Below, in pieces: positions 44,541 through 57,276 of a stretch of DNA of 64,000 nt (positions are counted from its first letter, which is position 1; each line of letters starts with the position of its first letter). The notes under the pieces are model-generated. The model had not been told where the DNA came from and made no database searches. It saw only the letters and a list, made by a program, of their open reading frames with translations. This stretch comes from the human T2T-CHM13v2.0 reference genome, Homo sapiens. Both the position numbers and the translations under genes were made by a program. Where the stretch lies: assembly GCF_009914755.1 (NCBI RefSeq), contig NC_060931.1; one strand, given 5' to 3'.

Positions 44541-45499
44541 GTAAATTTGTATTTTCAAAAGGAGAAAGATTGGGTGGGTTGGTTTGTTGTTTAAGGGGTA
44601 AGACTTGTCTGGGAAAGGAAGACTGTGCCTCCAGCAGTTCACTTTTAATTCATGAAACCAGGGGAAGAGACGGTGAAGATGGAAGTTGAGTGGTTTCAGT
44701 ATTGAGATGGCTGGAAGGACTCAGGTTTAGGAACTAGTCCCTTTCTAACTGTGCATTTGAGGCCTTTGGCCAGGCGTGCACACGTCCTCTTTCTCTCCTT
44801 TTGTGTGTGATGGTTTGGGTCATGTCTTTGTCTGAAGGCCGGGTGACCATGAATTCTTATCTGTGATTGCTGTAAGGCCTAGTTGTTTCTTTTTGTCTCT
44901 TTTCATTTCTTGCTTTTAAAATGGAGGAAATATTTTTAGCTTCTCACAGCGGGCTCTGAAATCTTGTCATGGAGAGTACTTCGTCACCTCAAGCTGGTAG
45001 TTAGTGTGCAACCTGTTTGCTAATAAACCAAAGCAGGACCCCGATGTCAAAATGCTTAAAATGGTCAAATCCGCTGGGACGCCGTCTCTGCATCTGACAT
45101 GCCTTTTCCATTTCCCAGCCTCATGCAGAACATAAACCTGCATCAGGAGGTGGCTCAATGTGAACTCTTATAAATTGGAGTGGGTATCTAGGGATTGAGG
45201 AGCAGACACTTCTTCTTTTAACCTTTGAAGACCAAGAATCACTTGGCCAAAAAAATCCACAGTGTATTGAACTTAGGGTGTGAAAGCTATACAGTGTATT
45301 AAATGTGAATTTGAGACCATGAATTCTACCCACACTGACTCTATAAAACAGCCTCCCTTTTTCATAAAGCAGGCCCATAAACCGCTGCCAGTGAAGCAGA
45401 AAGACTCCTTAGGACTGTGGCTCGCTTTCCGTCTGGGGTTGTCAACAAACCCCCTTTATGAGTGGAATAGACCTCTTGTATGTGTCGAGCTTCTGGCTT

Positions 45500-45900
45500 T
45501 TTACAGAGTGTGTTAGGAGCCAGGCAAGGCAAACGTTAGGCGCTGTTTGCTGAGTGCATTTATTGCCTTTGCATAATTTATGAGCTGGAGGGGTTGACCA
45601 TCATTCGTCTCTGCCAGGGGCTGGCACTCGAGGCTCCAGAGAGTGGAGCTGTAAATTGGATGGTGCGCTCCTGCTGAGCTCACGGCAAAGTCCTCGGGTC
45701 AGTATGGGAATTTAATACCAGAAATGGAACTGTTTTCTCAGCACACCATGTGGACCCCAGTGCAGCAGAGACTGTTTTGGCAGACTCCACGACTGGCCTT
45801 GTCGAGGAGCTGTCACTCACCCGGCATGTTGTGTGGGGAGCCTGAGCATTTTTAATCGGCTTGGCATCCGTGCTGCTTCCATAATGGATACCAGTAGGTC
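45500..45900. promoter_or_regulatory. Candidate enhancer
   Basis: TTTATTG/TTTGCATAAT/TTTATGA cluster, about 12 CpG. Confidence 0.45.
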
Positions 45901-46699
45901 TCAGTTCTTCACCATATGCTTAACTCTGGAGACAAGGTGCTTCTGGGTATATCAGTAATTACTTGATGCAGAATTAAGTGGACCTTGAAATTAGAACTGG
46001 ACTGTTGGAAAGCAGGAAGCTTAACACTTTGATAGAAATAACCATTCCCAGGGACATACTGCCGTTAGGATAGGGGGCACAGTGGTGGTTCTTTCCCAGC
46101 TACCCCACTCCTCGTCCTCCCTGCACACCAGATCCTTGGGGAGGTGGGCAAATGCGATGCCACAGCCTTCAGCTGTCATTGATTACCTCACAAGGAGCGC
46201 TGTGAACATCTGGGAACATGAGCCTGCCTGGCAAAATAGTCTTCTGCCTTCCACACCCCTCTTGAATTGAGCGTTGTCACTCTTGAAAATGTGCCCAGAT
46301 CTTAGGAACCTCACAGAGGGCTTAATTAAAGGCAATGGAGAGATCACACAATCAGGACAGTATTGTTCCTCATCCACCTGCGGTTCTAGGCCTTCAAAGT
46401 CTTCATCTCATCCAATTTCTTTCTCAACTCATTTGACTTATTACAATAAAGAAACCACTCATCAGGTCAAAGAATGTAAATGTAGACAATCTGAGGTTGG
46501 AAGCTGGGTTGGAAATGATGCACCGTACTTGGTTAAATCGCTGTCACTGAATATCTGACTACCCTGTGGCACTGAGGAGCCAATGGGAGAAGTAGAAAAT
46601 GTTCTAATCCTCCAGTCTATAAGACTGTGATATAAGTTCCTAAATGCTTTTACTACGGAGTGCTTAGTCTGAAAAGAATAAGTAGTCCCCAGGTTGTCT

Positions 46700-47200
46700 C
46701 ATAATAGCAAGAAGTCCATTTAGATGGGTGTTCTGTTACTTCCCATTAAAAGCTCTCTAATAGGAGCTTAAACAATAAGGTAACTTAGTGTTTTCTGAAT
46801 AAAAGTCCTGAGGCAGGCTGCCCTGAGATGGGTTCAGTGGTCCAATTCTGTCAGGCATTTTTTCCCTTGGTCCCACTCTGTTGTTTTTGTACTGAGTCTT
46901 TTTGCCTCATTTTTGCAAGATGGCTGCTACGTATCTGGACATCACGTTCTTATACACTCATGTTCAAAGGCCAAAGGCAGGTGGTTCCTTCTTTTCTTTG
47001 TTTACTGGGGAGACAAAATTGTTTCTAGAGCCCTCAGCAGATTTCAGAATCTCATTGGCCAAAGATGGGCCTTCAAATAAGCGATTACAATGCCCAGAGG
47101 TTTACCTCTTTTCCCATCTTTAGCCTCAAGAAAAATTGAGAAAGAAAATACCTGGCATTTTTAACCTCAAAGTGTCAGGAGAAGGTACAGACTAGGGAGA
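46700..47200. mobile_element. MLT1-like MaLR LTR remnant
   Basis: aagatggctgc...acatcac...cagcagatttc...ctcattggcc...tacctggcattttt. Confidence 0.6.
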
Positions 47201-47229
47201 AGGGAGTTGTGAATGGCTGTGGGGATCTA

Positions 47230-47705
47230 GCCAGCAGTGGCTGCCCTACAAGCAAATTTATTTCCTGTTTCTGTTCAAAGCTATACCAACTCCCATGTCC
47301 AGGTGGCCACACTAAAAAACCTTGGCATCATCCTAGACACATCCCTGTTACTTGCTTCCCATATCCATGTGTTATCAAATCCTGTTGGTTCTACCTTCAG
47401 AATTGCTGTGCCATCTGCTTCTGCCTTCCTAAACCATGGCACCACCTTGGGTTAGACAGTGGAATGGCTGCCAAACCACTCTCCCTGTGACCTGATTTTT
47501 CCCCACTGTGCACTCTCTCCACGTTCCCACAGAAAGTCATCCTCATGGAAGCAGCTCTGATCATGCCACACCCCTGCTAGTGTTTGTATCCCAGCTTCAT
47601 GTCTTACTGCTAAACGGAAGGCTCCTTTAGAGCCAGGCCTGTATCTCAGGTGAATTTCAGTCTAGTTTAGCAGTTCCTTATCAAGGGCTGTTGACTGAAT
47701 GAATA
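47230..47705 (+). mobile_element. L2 3' fragment
   Basis: ccttggcatcatcctagac...aaatcctgttggttctaccttcag...ttgactgaatgaat. Confidence 0.7.
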
Positions 47706-48607
47706 GATATATTTACCTGCTGAGCTTTACTCTAACAAAACACATCCCCCAGTTTTTCATTGAATATTGAATTAACAAAACACTTCATTTTTTTTAAGTT
47801 GTGTTCTTTTTTCCCTTGCTTATCATGAGGATCCCAAAGACTGGGGTTAATTATTAATTATCACTCTCTGCTTATCCCAAACCAAACTCAGTGGTTGGAA
47901 TTTGGGATCTGTTTGATATGGTCTGAGTCTATGGCCCTAAAGCATACTTTTTTGCCCATATTTTTTATTTACTACCCTGACCTCTTGTCTTTGGCATACT
48001 TTTTATAGGGAATGTTCCTTCTATTCTCTGGGCCTCTAAACCGGAAAAGGCAGCCATCACAAGTGGTGAGCCTTGGCCATTATGTTCTGTTTCCTTCAAA
48101 GTTCAAATGAGTGACTACAACGCCCAGAGGTTTACCTCTTTTCCTGTAGAAAAGCACCGGTAGAGATACAGCCATTCACATTAGCTGAAGATAGAATGTC
48201 TTCGTTAAGAAATTGATTTTGCTCTGAATTTCATTGAACAATCTTGATTCACCTTAATCCTGTGGCTGACTCCTAGAGGGGCATCGCCTCTACCCTGCCA
48301 TGGTGGGAGGGAAGCGCTCACTTGTGTGATTGAGCACTTTGCTGGACTGACCTGAGGAAGAGCCACAGAGTACAGGCATCAGATGAAATCAACAAAATAA
48401 CTTTTTTGCATCTGGATAGCATTTTGTTTCAGATGCTGTTTACTAGCACTTGAACTGGAGAAACTCTTTCTTTCCAGGAAGACAGCATTTTTTATTTCCT
48501 TTACTTATCTTGCACTTTTTTTGTATGGGGGTTGGGGGAGGAGGCATCAAAAGCAAAAACATACTCAGTTCTTGCACTAACCCTTATTCTCTTGTCTTCA
48601 TTTTCAG

Positions 48608-48637
48608 TGTGACAGTGACAGTGACCAGGAAGAGAAG
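48608..48637 (+). CDS. AUTS2: AUTS2 coding exon 5 (30 nt, phase 0/0), peptide CDSDSDQEEK
   Basis: Branch point CACTAAC (48575-48581), pyrimidine tract, ttttcAG acceptor (48606-7), exon TGTGACAGTGACAGTGACCAGGAAGAGAAG, donor AAG|GTAAGA. Translation matches the recalled AUTS2 sequence ...GTGYF CDSDSDQEEK ASDASSEK.... Confidence 0.95.
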
Positions 48638-49068
48638 GTAAGACCCCCCCTCCCCCATTGTGGGCACAGCACATAACACACTGAACACCAGAGTCCTCCC
48701 ACACACAGCTGCAGGGTAGGATGCCAGCTTCATGTTGACAGGACCTTTTCTCTTTAGGAAAGATGGGCATTATTCACACAGTGACATTTCCTATGCTATG
48801 ACACGTTTAATTTGTCAGATCTACCTTTTTTTCATTTAAACAAGACCTTTAATATTGCATATATGTGACACTGAGTTTTTACTTTATGGAAGATGACTCA
48901 TAGACTCAAAAACATTTTAAAAGACAAAATTATTTATTTTAATAACCATCTGATTTTTAAAAATCCATGATGAGAACGTTAAACTTGCTAGTTTGTGTTT
49001 ATAATGTCATTTCTGCATTTATTTTACTGACCCATTTGCTTTTCTGTACCTATTGGCCTTCTTGATAG

Positions 49069-49168
49069 AAATGTTAATGGTCTGTGTCTAGGAATCTCAT
49101 CATGGGGTACGGGTGGGCAAGGGAGGTCAGATGGGAACTGCCCTCTTCCCATCCGGGCGGACCGCCAG
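49069..49168 (+). other. Candidate cryptic/poison exon
   Basis: TACTGAC branch (49025-31), AG-free pyrimidine tract, TAG acceptor 49066-68, CAG|GTAGGA donor at 49168/9; in-frame TAA at 49075-77. Confidence 0.35.
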
Positions 49169-50414
49169 GTAGGAGGACAGTTCTTCCAGCAGGTACATGC
49201 TCTGTTTCGAGGCTCATGGGCACCAGCCTCTGTGTATCCAGATCAACATGGATCAAGAAAAGGAACTCAGTTTCTGAGGTTCCAGAAGATTGGATCACAA
49301 CTCGGTAAAGTGAGCTTTCTGCTGCCTGAAGCAAAGGGATTATTTGTCTGTTTGGTCTTTCTTTCTAGCCGTTCCAATCCCCAACCAAAGTTCCTTCCAT
49401 TTTTACTGCTGCTTTATGTTATTTTGAAAAGAGTTACCTGAATATCACGGTTTCTGTATTGCTTGGTATCAAAAGGATGGACTCGGCCTCCCTTCCCCCG
49501 TTTCTGGATCTGTCCTGTGCCCTGTGCTTTGACTTTCACCTCCTACATGCTTGCGGATTTTATTCAGAATGCTGCGGTTAGTATTTAATGGGATCTTTCC
49601 AACAAACCCAGAATTTTTCTCTCCTTCTCTGCTACCAGCCTCCAAGAGAGATCTAAAGGCTCTTGTTCTGTACTGTCATTAATTTGAATTCAGCGTATGT
49701 AGCCTGTTATAAAATGCGAGACATCATCATTTGAGCAGGTCAAGCATATTCAGATGAAGACAAATGGTGCTTATTTGATTTCCTTAAAATCAGGAAATGA
49801 AAAAAATGCTCTCTGGAGAAATCATGTTCTGCCTGACTTGGATGATAGACCAATGCATGTCCCCCAGATAAGAACAGGCTCTCGCCTTGAGGTTTTTATC
49901 TCTGAAGGACGGCCAGGACTGTCAGCTTGCTGACATGTGCATTATCCATGTCATTTTAAACAAAGTGACCTATGGAAGGGTACGCTGTGCTGTGACATGG
50001 TAATGGGCTGTTGGATGACAGCGAAAGTACACACTGGAAAGGGGGCTGTGGATTATTCTTTTGTTTAACTGACAAGTAGGAGCTGCCTTTCTCCAGCCCC
50101 CAGGAGCCTTAGCTCCTTGGAAGTAGGACTCCTGGTGTCTCAGGCAGCCAGTGTGTAGTGGGTGCCAGGGACATGTGCACAGCAGTAATGGTTAGTGTTC
50201 AAGACACGGTCATTGGCCCCCAAACCCCCGAGGCCACATTCCCACATGGTGGGCATCACTGGTACCCAGGGAGGGACTGGTACCTTCTGGCCATTCCAGA
50301 TCTATCAGCAATGGTTGATCTCACTTTCTAAGTCTGTGCCACTTTTCCAAAAGGATAAATCTTATTCAGGGTTGTACAACCAAGCTGACATTCTTTCCTT
50401 AAAAGGAAATGTGG

Positions 50415-50735
<321 letters not shown>

Positions 50736-51939
50736 TCAGCAGTGGTAGAAGGTGGTAAGGATGCCCGGTTTTGTGTTCCTTGTAAATGTCTTCACCAGTG
50801 GCCTCAACCTTGACACCCAAATCACCTAGGGAGCTGCTACAAGTTCCAGTGCCTGGGCCTCATCCCAGGTCAATGACCTTGGAGCCTTTGGGGCTGTCTT
50901 GAACCATGGGTCTTGATGATCACCTAACTCTGGTAATTTCTAGGAGTAATCTGCCTCTGGTTGTCAGAGGGATCTGGGGGCCAATACTGAGAGCACCCCA
51001 CCAGGTCCTTTCCCATCACCTGAATTCCTGAGTAGTTATTGCCTGGGTTTCCATCTCTAAGTGCAAGAAGTAAAGTGTCGGAATAATGGGTATTGGGAAG
51101 GTAGCTCCCACCTACCACTCTGAGCTTGAGTAGATTTCAGGGTAATAAAGCGGATACATAGTTGTTTATAGGCGAGTCCAAGAGTGGCAATGGCAAGAAG
51201 GGAAGGGGTATTAGGAGTGTTCCTCAGATTCATGGCGCACCTCCTGCCCTGCACCCCCAGCCATTCTTCCTTTCTACTGTGGTGATCCTGCAGGTCTTAA
51301 GTGGGAGCCACACCATAACCAGTGTTGACATCATCTGCCTCTGTTCTGCCCCATGCCATTTCTCCAGGGGGCTCCCAACAGGAGCCATTGAGACTCTAAT
51401 TGCCCTCGCACCTGCTTGGCCCTGTTGCAGTTAAGACTGTTAGGCTTCCCCTTTTGGACTGAGATTGTCTGGTGTTTATCGCCAACTTTAACACCATCCT
51501 CCAAGACTTCTGCTCTGTCGGAGCCTGGGTCCCTGTCAGCCTCCTCTGTGAAGAAACCTCTTGCCTGTGCCCCCCTCGAAGCCCCAGAGCTAACCAGGGC
51601 TGCTTTCATGTGTTGCTTGGAGGATTCGCATTCGAATCTGAATTGCTAATGGTGGAAAAGATGCCACTCAGTGTCCTGGGATACCTTCAGCAAGCCCCAC
51701 CAGGGATGCTGTTGGAGGCAAAAGTGAAACTTGTCAGGGACCCACTGGGATTTCTCTCTGGAAGACCTGCCATTCTCTTACTCCATAGGGATCTGCAGAA
51801 CCGGCAGGCTAAAATTAGGGTACTGTGTTTCACACAGCTGACTGAATTAAGATAAACTCTGCTTTCCTCTGATATGAAGCTGTAATTTATAAAATGATAC
51901 CCTTACTAATTAACGTGGAAGTGACTCCGAAAGGGGCTA

Positions 51940-52515
<576 letters not shown>

Positions 52516-52944
52516 TTAATCACCCAAATTAAGCAATTATTCTGATCCCCCATTCGAAATGAATTGGTATCATGAGAACAAAGAGGCAACATGCAATTGC
52601 CAAATATTTGGCCTATATTTTATTGTTTCCTTTCTTTCTCCAGTACTGGCAGCAGCCCATGATGCTAAGAAATATCCCGTTTGGTTATGAAGTTAATGTG
52701 GAGATTAAAAGTCATTCCCTGTTCTACCCACACCCTTTTTCTTGTGTATAGCATGTGACTGAGCTGATTGGAAGGCATATAGCCCAGTGGCCAAGCACTT
52801 GGGCCTCAGTGTGATGGCTGACACATGTTTCTGACTCTGTCCATTTCTATTTTGTTGTGGACAAGCCTTGGCTTTCTCAGCTGTCAAATGGGGGTGACAA
52901 CAGCTCTACATATAGTCCTGTAGCAATTAAATGAAAGCATTTAG

Positions 52945-53071
52945 GGCCAGGCATGGTGGCTTATGGCGGTAATCCCAGCACTTAGGGAGGCCAAGGCAGG
53001 ACAAAGTGGGCTCTTGTCTTTGAGCCCTAGAGTTTGAGACCAGCCTGGGCAACATAGTGAGGCCCTGTCTC

Positions 53072-53104
<33 letters not shown>

Positions 53105-53277
53105 AAACTTAACCAGGCATGGTGGCATGTGCCTATAGTCCCAGCTAGTCAGGAGGCTGAGGCAGGATGATTGCTTGAGCCTAGGAGTTTCAAGACTGCA
53201 GTGAGCTAAGATCATGCCACTACACTGCACTCCAGCCTGAGTGACAGAGTGAGACCCTGTCTCTAAAAAAATAAAAA
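52945..53277 (+). mobile_element. AluJ inserted in a MIR (about 52750-53340), with an A27 linker
   Basis: Dimer; TSD-like atgaa(a/g)gcat; MIR 3' end ctcaataaatgttagct follows. Confidence 0.92.
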
Positions 53278-53569
53278 TATATGAAGGCATCTGGCTCAGT
53301 GCCTGGTCCATAGTAACTGCTCAATAAATGTTAGCTTTTGTTCATTTTACTTGAGATAAAATGAGAGAGGACGCTTGAAAAAAGAGGAAGACTAGCATCC
53401 TCTTTGGAAAGCTGGGGTTCTTCTAGAGAACCTGCTAGAGGGTTTCCCCAGAATCTGAGGCTCAGCCTTTATCCCAAGGGCCCTTCTCCTGGACACAGGC
53501 TGAATGGAAGTGTTAAATTTTGAAGGGTTCTGAAACAGTGTCTTTTTAAACCCCTTATCCAAACATCAG

Positions 53570-53808
53570 GCCTTCCTCTGAGCAGAACCTGGAGCCAAGA
53601 GCACGTGTACTGTCCTGGAGGGATCAAATGGTGATTAAGTGAATTGTATAGCTCTTGTCCCTTCAGCAACTGTTCCCAAATGCCAAACACTGTCGGTTCC
53701 CAGAAACCCATCACAGGAGAGATGTTCTGGGGTAGGGCCAGAGCATCTGTATTTTTTAAAAAGCTTCCTAGGTAATTTTGGTACACAACTGGTTTTGAGA
53801 ACTACTGC
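53570..53808. mobile_element. MER5-like MITE remnant
   Basis: gcatctgtattttttaaaagcttcctaggtaatt...ttttgagaactactg. Confidence 0.6.
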
Positions 53809-54172
53809 CTTATAGTAAATGTCAAAGGGAAACATGATTTTTCCCCGTGTTTAATGCTCTTGAAATTTTGACTGCTTAGGAGAAAAACTTGAAAGTTGTG
53901 GAGATGTTGCCTGTGTGTGCAGACATGTGCCACCCATGCTTATGTCTGTAGATACCGGGCATAAGTATACATGCAGTACACACATACACAATCTCACAGA
54001 AATGAATCCTTCTCCTTTTCCTATCAATCTTTTAACATGACTCCTGATTGCAGTTTTTTCTCTCTGTGCTGTTAGCAGTAGGAACAACCACCTGGAGAAG
54101 GTGTTTGTGCTCCTGGGCTTTGCTTTGGTACTGTGTCCTGTACCCAGGACAGCCTACTGGCACAATGGCTAA

Positions 54173-54555
<383 letters not shown>

Positions 54556-55335
54556 TAAAAGTTGTTGTGTTTGATCATTTTATGTTCACTTGTGTGGGAA
54601 GGGGCTTCTAAGAAAAGGAGCAAAGAAAACCAGCAAAGTCTTATGTTCCTAACTCAACACAAACCACATGCCTAACTTGGCTCGTGCAGGAGTCAGAAAC
54701 TGCTGAGATGTCAAACTGAAGACTGGGCATGTGGTTTGTGCTTACAGTGGAAGAGTCCCATCCCTTGGTTGGCCATGTTTCACACTCGGTAAGGTTTGTG
54801 CACCCTCAGCAACATTCCAGAAGCTCAGAAGGCCCTCATTGTTGCTTGTGGAACCCCCAGCCTTAGTTTTCAAATAGGATATATTTTGATCAGGAGACAG
54901 TTTGGAGGTACTGTCCTATTTTGTAGCTAGAAAGGAATATCTCCACCTTTCCAGATTTCATAGCAGCAAAGCAGACAGCCATCACCCAGGGAAAGAGAAT
55001 GGATCCATGTTCTTGTCTTTATATCCCTAATACTTTGCACAGTGCTTGATATGAATTAGGTGCTCAGTGTTTTGCAAAATTTGCATTTTCTTTCCTGGAT
55101 ACTCATCTCCAAACGGAGGGGATAAGTGAACCAAGTTCAGAAGACTCATACTCAAACCTGATTGCACCTCATACAGTCGCAATGTCTACTTCCTGGACCC
55201 CCAAAATGTGTGATCTCTTCCTCAGGCTTCTATATTTCATCTACAGTTTTCTCATACAATATATCTAAGCCATTTATAAGTTTCCTAACTTATAAATAGA
55301 CAATTTCTTATGGTTCTTGGCTGAGTCTCAGGAGA

Positions 55336-55637
55336 TTTTTAATTTATTTTTGTTTTTTGAAATGGAGTCTCGCTCTGTCACCCAGGCAGAAGTGCAGTGG
55401 CGCAGTCTCGGTTCACTGAACCCTCCCACTCCTTGATTCAAGTGATTCTCCTGCCTCAGCCTCCCGAGTAGCTGGGATTACAGGCACCCACCATGCCTGG
55501 CTAATTTTTGTATTTTTAGTAGAGACAGGGTTTCACCATGTTGGCCAGGCTGATCTTGAACTCCTGACCTCAGGTGACCGGCCCATATTGGCCTCCCAAA
55601 GTGTTGGGATGACAGTCATGAGCCACCGCACCTGGCC
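55336..55637 (-). mobile_element. AluSx-like
   Basis: Dimer. Confidence 0.93.
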
Positions 55638-57191
55638 TAAGAGCTTTTTATTTTGGATGCGTGATTTCCGTGATGCCCATCTACTCAACCTCTTCTTACC
55701 CCTTCAGGATTTTGTCTGGGTTAAAATGACATTTTATTGTTCTTCCAAAATCATCATATTTCCAATTGGCTTAATTACATTGCATACATCCCAAATACAC
55801 ATTGATACTATCCTTGGATTAAATTTCTATGGTAAATTATTTTAAATTCAGAATCTCATTATCTTTTTCATATGATAACATTTTCAGGCAAAACCAAAAA
55901 TTACTTCACTTATACTGAACATGTATGTACAATAATCTGTTCATTACTACCATGTCATGCACCTGAAAAAGAAGTTATAAATGTACAGATTTTCAATTAA
56001 ATATAGGTAAGTCAACAGAATAAATACTTGTTATTGGAAATATGTCAGGCATTTTCAGCTAAGGTTTTGTTTCTTGAAATAAACAGTGAGAAGAAAGAAC
56101 AGGTTCTAGATGTTCTATTGCTCGCAATAGGTGGGTGGTGGAGAAGGGCACTCAGAAGACCCAATTCCTGATTTCTCACTCACCAGCTGTATGGCCTTGG
56201 GCAAGTTACCTAATGGTGCCTAGCATTAGTTTTGTCATCTGGAAAATGAGGCAGTATTCAATGATCCAACATTGACTATCCAGATTTTCCAAATAGCTAT
56301 TTACCTAGGCCCCAACAGCATGGCAGAACCCAGAGGGAAATTAATATGTGATTGTATCTTCCCTTTGCCAATGTGGAAAGAGGATTATATAAGAATTGTC
56401 TCCATTCTTTCGTCTCTCTCAGTCTTCCAAGAGAGAATAAACATATAGGGGACATACTCGGGTATATGTGTGTGTACTCTCAAGCAACTGAAGGAAACTT
56501 ACATACAGACCTGATGTCTAAACAGGGTCCTTATCTGTTTGTTGGTTCAGTCTTTCAGTCATACATATCCACTCATTTTTTCACAAGTGTCTACTGATGA
56601 ACTGACATGAGAATTATAGTTGCTTAACTCTGATGGAACTGTCACCATGTACCTGTGAGTAAGTAGCAGAGCAGTTCATTTAATCTGTGTTCCTCAACTA
56701 CTGTAAGTATTTAGGAAAGCATGGGGACTAGGTGGAGAGCTAGCTTACGGAATGTGTTTCAAGAACTCACTTGTTTGGTAATGACCATTACTTGATCTAT
56801 AAAAGGAATTGTTCCAGAAACATCAAGGTTGAGTGCATGATTCTGTGTTCCCACAGAAAAGTTCCTGCTGCTTCCCCTTGGGTGAATGAGCCATCGCCTT
56901 GGGTGTCATGGCTTACCTGAAGGGAAAGTTGTAAAGCCAAGGAGGAGGCTGGGGGAGGTGATGGCTATCAGCCCCATGAAATTGACCATGAGCCCTGAGC
57001 CACCTGAATACCAGGAGGGTCATGAGCAGAGGCATTTGTACAGGTGATGTCTTGAACAACATGCTTCATGTTAGTGGCCTCTGATAGAGTGTAACCTGGG
57101 AGGCTCTTTGGTTGTCAGAGAATTTGTCTTATACTGTATTAGGGTTGCAGAGTGTTCTGTCTTCAATGAAGATAGAACTTTTTGGTCATGT

Positions 57192-57194
<3 letters not shown>

Positions 57195-57270
<76 letters not shown>
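57195..57270. repeat. Compound (TG)25(AG)13 microsatellite
   Basis: Direct reading. Confidence 0.95.

Positions 57271-57276
<6 letters not shown>

Noticed and set aside
48638-48676. Read-through of the exon 5 donor (VRPPLPHCGHST*)
   Set aside because: No canonical poly(A) signal seen nearby and the donor is strong; no support from sequence alone.
48450-48770. ORFs overlapping exon 5 (48450-48641+, 48501-48770-)
   Set aside because: Wrong frame or strand relative to the true exon.
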